A stretch of DNA of 34,395 bases from Collodictyon triciliatum (taxonomy: Eukaryota): contig JBHJMP010000026.1 in NCBI GenBank assembly GCA_043381765.1, forward strand, positions 1 to 34,395, written 5' to 3'. Of this stretch, positions 28,424-34,395 are shown piece after piece; positions within the stretch are counted from its first letter, which is position 1; each line of letters begins with the position of its first letter. Below the pieces are notes generated by a model. It had not been told where the DNA came from. It worked only from the letters and a program-made list of their open reading frames with translations, and made no database searches. Both the position numbers and the translations under genes were made by a program.

Positions 28424-30329
28424 TCATTTGAGCCCGTTCGTCCGAGCAGCAAACTCCTTGATATGTTCTCGAGTATGTTTCCCATATGTCTCTCCGTAGT
28501 CATGATTAAACCCAGGGACGAAACCTATATCGATTGTCAACATCATATTTAGCAACAGCATGGTTAAATCTTGGACAGAGACAGAGAGACACGCCTGGAA
28601 ACAGACCCCCAGAGATACAACCCAAAGAAAAACAAAGCGGAATATGGAATAAGGTGAAGAAAGGCCAAGGCAACCAGACCTGTGTACCCAGGGAGATGGC
28701 CTTTCTGACGATGCGCACCCTGGTCGAGGACTTGGGTGGGGTCGCGGTGTGCCGGGGTGGGGGCGGGGCCGGCGCGGAGGCTGTCGCGGGCGGTGTCACC
28801 AAAGGTCTTTGCGATGATGTCCTGTGCGTGGGGCAGATGGCCGGTGTATCCGGGCAGGTGGGCGGGGGCGTCGTGTGCGGGGGGCGAAGGGTCAGGCTGA
28901 CGGTGGACGGGAGATGCGGACGAGGCCGGGGCAGGGCTGCGAGCAGGGCGCTGGGCAAGCAGCAAGTCCTCTGCAGCGCGGGTGCTGCGGCCGTATGTCT
29001 GGGCAACGGCATACTTTGTGCCGGGGCGGTATCCAGTGTAGCCGAGGGTGCGGGCGGTGGGTGTGGCGGGCTGCCAGCGCTGGTCTGCCTCCCTTTCTGC
29101 CTCCGCATCCGCACCCGCATCAGCATCGCGCTGTAAGTAGTGGAGCGGCGAGACTGGGGCGTCGGGCGACTGCGCATCCTCGGCGGCGACCTCGCGGGTG
29201 ATTTGGCCGTAAGTCTTTGCAAGCTTGTGCTCGGCGCGGTGGATGTAGCCGGTGTATCCGGGCAGGTGGTGGGCGTCGCCCAGGAGGCGGACGGCCGGGT
29301 CCAGCGGGCGGTGGTCCGTGAAGGGAATCGGGGCGCTGTCCTCGCGGGCGCGCTGCTCCATCTCCTCGCGTTCGGCTTGCACGTGCGCGCGGGTCTGCTG
29401 CACCTCCGCACGCCCGTCACGCAGACGCTCCCGCGTCAGGCGCCCGTACGTCTTGCCGTGGTCGTCCTTGGCGTGGCGGACAAAGCCCGTGTATCCGGGG
29501 ACCTGCTCCTGCTCCCAGTGCCGTGTCCCGTGGTGGTTGTGGTCGGCCTCAGCGCCGCTCTCCGGCGGGATTCCGTGGCTGGGCCATCGCCCCTCGGGTG
29601 ACCGCGCCACGCCCCGCGTCAGGTGTCCGTATGTGCGGCCGTAGTGGTGCTGCGCCCCGGCGATGAATGCGCTGTATCCGGGCAGCTTGTGTTCGCTCGG
29701 CTGCTCGAACTCGGGCTTGCTGTCTGACGCGTTGGGCTCGAACAGGCCTCTTCCGGGCACCTGGTTTGTTTGTTTTTTGTTTTGTTTTTTGTTTTTTGTT
29801 TTTTGTTTTTTGTTTTTTGTTTTTGCTCTTTTGATTTCATGCCATGCGTCCCGCCTACCGCAAGCACGGCCGTCGCGGCATCCACGGGCGGCGGGTTGTG
29901 CAGGCTGCCCTGGTGGTTGCGCGCATCGCTCAGCGCCTGCTCCTTGACGTGGACCGCCACGCGCGAGCCGTGCCCATAGGTCGACCCTGCCGGCATCCGC
30001 AGCGGCGACACGTACCCCGCGTATCCCGGCATGTGCTGCTCCTCCAGGCTCGGCGCTCGGTCCAGCGTGGCCGCCACTCCTGCGGGGGCCCCGCGGTAGT
30101 ACTCGGGCGAGGCCGGCCCGCTCCCCAGCTTCCCCGACGCGGACGCCGACCGCCGCCCAAACGGCGCCGCGTGCACAGTCTCTGCAGGGAACGGCCCGTC
30201 CCCACGAGCCACTTTGATGCGCAGCGCGTCCCGCGTGGTCTGTCCAAACGTCCGCCCAAAGTCTTCTCGTGTGTTGGACACAAACCCTCCGTACCCCGGG
30301 AGGTGGTGGCGGGAGAGGTCCAGTGCCAT
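28424..30329 (-). CDS. FAM166/CIMIP2-like ciliary microtubule inner protein with 8 PGY repeats
   Basis: Exons 30329-29859, 29760-28680 and 28524-28424 join in frame. Eight units of (P/L)GY(T/G/A/S)(G/A)..x(8-10)..(G/A)xT(Y/F)GxxT, starting MALDLSRHHLPGYGGF and ending AARTNGLK*. Confidence 0.8.
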
Positions 30330-30392
30330 GGGCTGCTTTGCTGTCTTGCTGCTTGTGTGGGCAAGGGTCAGGTTTACGGCTGGTGCTTTGTT

Positions 30393-30549
30393 TTGGTTGG
30401 TTTTTGGTTTTTGGTTTTTGGTTTTTGGTTTTTGGTTTTTGGTTTTTGGTTTTTGGTTTTTGGTTTTTGGTTTTTGGTTTTTGGTTTTTGGTTTTTGGTT
30501 TTTGGTTTTTGGTTTGTGGTTTTTGGTTTTTGGTTTTTGGTTTTTGGTT
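30393..30549. repeat. (TTTTTGG)n 7-mer tandem repeat
   Basis: About 21 units upstream of the FAM166-like ATG. Source of the spurious KTKNQKP/FWFLVFG ORFs. Confidence 0.95.
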
Positions 30550-30785
30550 GTTTTTTTTTTTTTTGAGTCAAGGCTCAAGAGCTTATACCCCACCAGGCTG
30601 GAAGGGTGGGTGTGGTAAGGGCTCGAGTGAATAAAAGAGAATGAGGGGGGATCGCCTCAGGTTTTGTAGCTTTGTTTCCGAAATATATACTCGGGGTGGT
30701 CATGCCTTCATTTGGGCTTTTCTTTTTCTTTTTCTTTTTCTTTTTCTTTCGCTGTATTTCTGGAGGGGTATGGTGGGAGATCGTC

Positions 30786-30828
30786 CGGATTTGATCGGAT
30801 TTGATCAGATTTGATCAGGTTTGGTCGG
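30786..30828. repeat. 10-bp tandem repeat (CGGATTTGAT x~4)
   Basis: CGGATTTGAT CGGATTTGAT CAGATTTGAT CAGGTTTGGT CGG. Confidence 0.8.
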
Positions 30829-31011
30829 CTGCGACTTGTCTTCACCTTTCTGGCTTTCCGTTGAGTTTCTATATCTGGTTTTTAAACGGACACATGTCCA
30901 GGGAATACACCAATGCTCCATGTGTGGAAGATAGGCATTTATGAATCAGTAATCCACGCTATATAGTATATTTTTGAATATTATATGTTAGATATCATAT
31001 ATACAAGAATT

Positions 31012-31063
31012 AATTCATATATGAAGGTCTTTGAATCGAATAAAGGAAAAAAAATTCATATAT
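31012..31063 (+). mobile_element. 30-nt poly(A)-tailed retroposon fragment with 11-bp target-site duplication
   Basis: GAAGGTCTTTGAATCGAATAAAGG-A(6) at 31023-31052 flanked by AATTCATATAT at 31012-31022 and 31053-31063. Confidence 0.8.
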
Positions 31064-31106
31064 TGTCGTATTATCACCTCTATATTATATAGGTGATAAT
31101 ACGACA
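31064..31106. repeat. Long palindrome (16-bp perfect inverted repeat)
   Basis: TGTCGTATTATCACCT (31064-31079) / AGGTGATAATACGACA (31091-31106). The spacer is itself nearly palindromic. Confidence 0.92.
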
Positions 31107-31193
31107 GCCAGCCCCAACCCTGCTATTTTACGCCTTTATATACACATATCCATATCTATATATGGTTAATTCCAGATTTGGCAACATCTTTGT

Positions 31194-31233
31194 GGAATGT
31201 TCTGGTATATTCCGGAGTCTTCTAGAATCTTTT
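31194..31233. promoter_or_regulatory. Array of alternating nGAAn/nTTCn pentamers (heat-shock-element-like) upstream of the first viral ORF
   Basis: gGAAt gTTCt gGTAt aTTCc gGAGt cTTCt aGAAt cTTTt: 8 in-phase pentamers, 5 perfect. Function is inferred. Confidence 0.4.
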
Positions 31234-31246
31234 CTCTATAAAAGGT

Positions 31247-31540
31247 ATGAGCGAATGGAAGAAGATTGTTAAGATCAATGGCGTCAAGTATTGCGTCAAA
31301 GTCTCCAAATTGAAAAACAAAAAGTACACTGCGTACTTAGTAGGCGAAGACGACACACTCTATCAACCTATCCACTTTGGCGACAAAAGATATAATCACT
31401 TCAAAGACAAGCTTGGCTTTTATAAAAACCTAGATACCAACGATAAAGAACAAAGACAACGTTACAGACAAAGACACGCAAAGGATAACATAGACGATCC
31501 TAACACACCAGGTTATTGGGCCTACCATTATTTATGGTAG
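31247..31540 (+). CDS. DUF5754-like small basic viral protein
   Basis: S..KNKKY..IHFGDKRYNHF..D..QRQRYRQRH..PGYWAYHYLW pattern, which I recognise from giant-virus/PLV hypothetical proteins. Family name recalled, not searched. Confidence 0.75.
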   Translation: MSEWKKIVKINGVKYCVKVSKLKNKKYTAYLVGEDDTLYQPIHFGDKRYNHFKDKLGFYKNLDTNDKEQRQRYRQRHAKDNIDDPNTPGYWAYHYLW

Positions 31541-31546
31541 CAGAGT

Positions 31547-31975
31547 TTATTCAGCGTGGAAGTCTCGCAGCAGCATCACAAGACGAATCATCAACATCTT
31601 GGTCATCTTATATATCTCGCGCTTCTGGCTTTGGGTTGCGTAAACTGGCACATTCAAAGCTGCCCAGACAGCAGCACGAGTAGCGTCCACACAACCATCT
31701 ACTATTGTTTGGGTAACTTCATCGCCTGGGCCAGTGCCATTGAAATGCACGTGAACCCTGATGACATCTTCTAATGTTGTCCTCCACATTGCTCGGTTTC
31801 TCCCATTCGACAATGTCAGTTGCGAATAGTCTTTCCATTCAATTGTGTAGCCATCAGCCTCGCCCTCCTTGAACTCAATCTTGTAATCATTCGTGCCCGT
31901 ATTGAATACAGTATCAAGAAATGTATAATCATCCCCATCAATAAAACGAATGTAAAAGTTTCGTAATTCGGCCAT
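31547..31975 (-). CDS. Hypothetical viral protein (142 aa from first ATG)
   Basis: Intronless ORF converging on the DUF5754-like ORF with a 6-nt gap. First ATG at 31975; the track uses a TTG at 31999. No recognised motif. Confidence 0.65.
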   Translation of the reverse strand: MAELRNFYIRFIDGDDYTFLDTVFNTGTNDYKIEFKEGEADGYTIEWKDYSQLTLSNGRNRAMWRTTLEDVIRVHVHFNGTGPGDEVTQTIVDGCVDATRAAVWAALNVPVYATQSQKREIYKMTKMLMIRLVMLLRDFHAE

Positions 31976-32065
31976 TGTAATTTCTTGACTGTCTAACAAT
32001 TTAATAGTTAGTAATTGGCTAGATATGTTTTGATTTGTAATATAACCTTATACAACAAATCAATT

Positions 32066-32221
32066 TTATACCGACGGATGTAATAAATCCTTTTCGCTTT
32101 TAAATTCAACACTACCCCCGCAACAACTTGACCGCTTCAAATGATCAACTGTATATTTCCACACGCGCTCTATCACAAGCACACAGGTCATCAACAAGGA
32201 TATAATAGTAACTGGGTCCAT
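32066..32221 (-). CDS. 51-aa putative viral membrane protein (TM helix followed by KRSSCCGG)
   Basis: MDPVTIISLLMTCVLVIERVWKYTVDHLKRSSCCGGSVEFKSEKDLLHPSV*. Starts 15 nt after the MCP stop, same strand, with the shared upstream motif. Below the ORF-track cutoff. Confidence 0.7.
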   Translation of the reverse strand: MDPVTIISLLMTCVLVIERVWKYTVDHLKRSSCCGGSVEFKSEKDLLHPSV

Positions 32222-32236
32222 ACATATATTAGAAAA

Positions 32237-33796
32237 TTATTCCACACGGAATGTTTGCTGGTTGCTCTGGATTTCAAGCACGGCATCGTACAGACTAGCC
32301 ACCACAACATTGTATGACTTTGCTCCGCTGTTGCCCTCAAATTCTAATCTTAGCGACATTAGCCCTGACCCGCTACTCTGGATATCTGTACCGACTATTT
32401 CCCCTTCGGCTACATCGAGTACTTTACGCAGATTAAACCCTAACATAAACTCACAAGGATTCTGTACACCCTCGCGCAAAAATCTAGCTACAACTCCTGT
32501 ATCACCATCCTCTAATCCCGTTGTGTCTGCTTGTCTTAGTTGACTGTACGTAGTATCACTAAATTCACATCCTACACGACCATATGGTGACAAAATTGGA
32601 ACACCACCAACATTTTGTTCAACTGGTTGAGCAACAGTAAATCCTTCAAGCAAATCAAACGTGCGATCAACAGGCGGTTTAGCAAACTCGTATCCATTAA
32701 AGCCATAAGGGCCAGTATATTCACTACGTACAAATGTTAGACCCATTGCCTTCTGTACCTCTAGGAAAACTTGACTTGCTCCGTTCTTACAATCCATTGG
32801 CTGGAGAGGATAATAGAAAGAACCTAACTGAAGTTGTGCTGTTTTCAGATTCGTAGGAAAATGTTTTCTGTCTCGACCTGGAATCATTATCTTTCCTTGT
32901 TCATTAGTGTCAAAAAATGCCACATATACAGCATTCAAAGATTTCACAGTGTCATTAATATTATACACAATAGAGGGCGTGTTGGCTGCCAAAGTATACA
33001 ATGAAGTCCTCCACGTTTTATAGGGAATCTGAAGCGGTACACCTCGGGATATAGATGATTGAAGTTGTGCGTGATACTCTGGCGCCATCCTTACCAAATC
33101 ATAAGTAATATAACAACTAGTTAATGTATATGTAGCTGTCGCATCCGCGCTTCCTAGTCCAGCATTAGCAGCCCCCCCACGATTGTATGCCTGTAGACAT
33201 TGGTTAGCTGGTGCTAGTTCTATCTCAATCTGAAAAGCTGCAACTGAATCAATTAAACTTGTACTGATCAAACCCGAATACTGACTAATTCCTGACAGTC
33301 GCAATGGAACCGAATAATTTCTAACAACCAAGTTTGAATTAAAGTTAGTTGCTGTTTCACGATGATTTCTAATACGGTCATAAGCATTCCCTATTCCCAT
33401 CAATGCCGCTCCGACACATTTGTTGTAGTCATCAGCCACATAATTCATAAACATACTATCTAGGTAATTATACCGTTGTATATCCTCTAAAAGGAAACTA
33501 GTGCCTTTTCTAATTCGGAGTGTTTGGATAATTGATTCAATCGAGTTATTAAAAAAGTAATCGTGGGTATTGGCTGCTCCCGTTCCTGGAACTATTGTGA
33601 CGTCAAAGTGAATCATCAACGTGTCCATATCTATTTCCATTCCAGTTTCGGAAGGTATATTCCACAGAATTCTGTCTACTTTAGTTGGTCCAAACTCTCC
33701 TCCGTTAAAAGGGGTAATTCTAGTTGTGTGACGGGCTAAAACTTTGTCATTGTAGTTCCGAATCTTCATATACTTTGCTTCGCTAGGGTACTCCAT
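32237..33796 (-). CDS. Major capsid protein, Polinton-like-virus type (putative double jelly-roll)
   Basis: 519-aa intact intronless beta-rich ORF. N-terminal ITPFNGGEFGP..RILWNIP..IDMDTLMIHFDV, SIIQTLRI..LLEDIQRYN, YSVPL, IEIELAP, YPLQPMDC and C-terminal LYDAVLEI resemble PLV MCPs. Lacks the NCLDV MGGGLMQLVAYG start. Confidence 0.8.
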   Translation of the reverse strand: MEYPSEAKYMKIRNYNDKVLARHTTRITPFNGGEFGPTKVDRILWNIPSETGMEIDMDTLMIHFDVTIVPGTGAANTHDYFFNNSIESIIQTLRIRKGTSFLLEDIQRYNYLDSMFMNYVADDYNKCVGAALMGIGNAYDRIRNHRETATNFNSNLVVRNYSVPLRLSGISQYSGLISTSLIDSVAAFQIEIELAPANQCLQAYNRGGAANAGLGSADATATYTLTSCYITYDLVRMAPEYHAQLQSSISRGVPLQIPYKTWRTSLYTLAANTPSIVYNINDTVKSLNAVYVAFFDTNEQGKIMIPGRDRKHFPTNLKTAQLQLGSFYYPLQPMDCKNGASQVFLEVQKAMGLTFVRSEYTGPYGFNGYEFAKPPVDRTFDLLEGFTVAQPVEQNVGGVPILSPYGRVGCEFSDTTYSQLRQADTTGLEDGDTGVVARFLREGVQNPCEFMLGFNLRKVLDVAEGEIVGTDIQSSGSGLMSLRLEFEGNSGAKSYNVVVASLYDAVLEIQSNQQTFRVE

Positions 33797-33836
33797 AACA
33801 TACCTGAGAAATTAATTTCAAATCAAACGCAATAAA

Positions 33837-34010
33837 ATAATGGGGAGGGTTGCATAACCTAAGTCACATCCCCCTAAAAACTTTTATATTGGTACCCTCC
33901 CTCTTTTCCCCTAATAATGGGGGAGGGTATCCTATGAACTTTATAAATATATACTTGTACATATATACTTGTGCATATAGATGTACATAGATACTAACCC
34001 TCCCCATTAT
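33837..34010. repeat. Nested inverted repeats in the spacer upstream of the MCP gene
   Basis: ATAATGGGGAGGGTT (33837-33851) / AACCCTCCCCATTAT (33996-34010), plus inner stem TACCCTCCC / GGGAGGGTA (~33893-33929). Confidence 0.85.
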
Positions 34011-34366
34011 CGAAAGCGGAGTTCCCTGCCGTGAGTTGTTAATGCATAAGCCTGCCCCAAATCGTGGATGCCAGAACCCAGTGATTTAGTGTTTATCTTT
34101 TTCAAGTCCATTTCCCCTAAAGTACTCAAACCCCGTCCCAGATAATTAGCTGCCTTGATACTAGAGACCAAGGGATTGGTTATTGTTTGGATGGCTGGCT
34201 TTACTCCACTTGTTGTAAGTAAATTATCAACCAACCCCATACTCGCATCATCTAGTCTGTTGTAAGCATCGTTCAGTCCCTCCAATCTTCGAATAGCTCT
34301 GTTAGTTGATGTAGTAAGGAATCGACCAACTCCTCGTGCTCCTCGTTGTGCGTAGTTTACAATCAT
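34007..34366 (-). CDS. Hypothetical viral protein upstream of MCP (119 aa, basic/amphipathic)
   Basis: Intronless, co-oriented with MCP, carries the shared upstream motif. No recognised family. Confidence 0.7.
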   Translation of the reverse strand: MIVNYAQRGARGVGRFLTTSTNRAIRRLEGLNDAYNRLDDASMGLVDNLLTTSGVKPAIQTITNPLVSSIKAANYLGRGLSTLGEMDLKKINTKSLGSGIHDLGQAYALTTHGRELRFR

Positions 34367-34395
34367 ACATTTCCCAAGATAAAAATATAAGCTTG

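Larger units (their letters stand above)
30948..34395. mobile_element. Endogenous Polinton-like virus / virophage-like element (left part; runs off the window; left boundary approximate)
   Basis: Abrupt switch to intronless ORFs with 6-210 nt spacers and no long host-type microsatellites. Capsid-like, DUF5754-like and small TM-CCG ORFs; palindromes in non-coding DNA. Confidence 0.8.

Noticed and set aside
30393-30549. (TTTTTGG)n as telomeric repeat or CRISPR-like array
   Set aside because: Interstitial, no spacers, and similar to other T-rich microsatellites in this window. No evidence that it is the telomere unit.
28506-30566. Multiple overlapping long ORFs on both strands
   Set aside because: Shadow frames caused by very high GC. 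Only the PGY-repeat frame has a coherent motif and splice structure.
29619-30634. Long ORFs with KTKNQKP or FWFLVFG repeats
   Set aside because: Translations of the (TTTTTGG)n tandem repeat and an intronic T-rich repeat. The real CDS most likely starts at ATG 30329.
33797-33812. CAG|GTATGT splice-like sequence just before the MCP ATG
   Set aside because: The MCP ORF is complete without splicing, and the sequence fits the shared viral upstream motif.

Overview
Compact, intron-rich eukaryotic genomic DNA, probably from a flagellated protist (inferred from CEP95 and FAM166-type genes), with a 100-N scaffold gap at 5761-5860. Host genes reconstructed by hand-splicing: an LRR + RING/B-box/B-box/coiled-coil/NHL (TRIM-NHL-like) locus, Yae1, a PP2C phosphatase, Sec61-alpha, CEP95, catalase, a secreted GH9 cellulase and a FAM166/CIMIP2-like PGY-repeat ciliary protein. 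The last ~3.3 kb switches to tightly packed, intronless ORFs that look like the edge of an endogenous Polinton-like virus (PLV). It has an intact 519-aa putative double-jelly-roll major capsid protein, a DUF5754-like ORF, a 51-aa membrane/CCG ORF missed by the ORF track, a shared upstream TCT motif, a long palindrome and a heat-shock-element-like array. Other signals: a decayed Fanzor (eukaryotic TnpB) with a candidate omegaRNA hairpin, a family of ~30-nt poly(A)-tailed insertions with target-site duplications (one at the viral flank), a U12-type AT-AC intron in the cellulase, and a Sec61 start codon apparently split by an intron. All family assignments come from motif recognition; no database searches were run.
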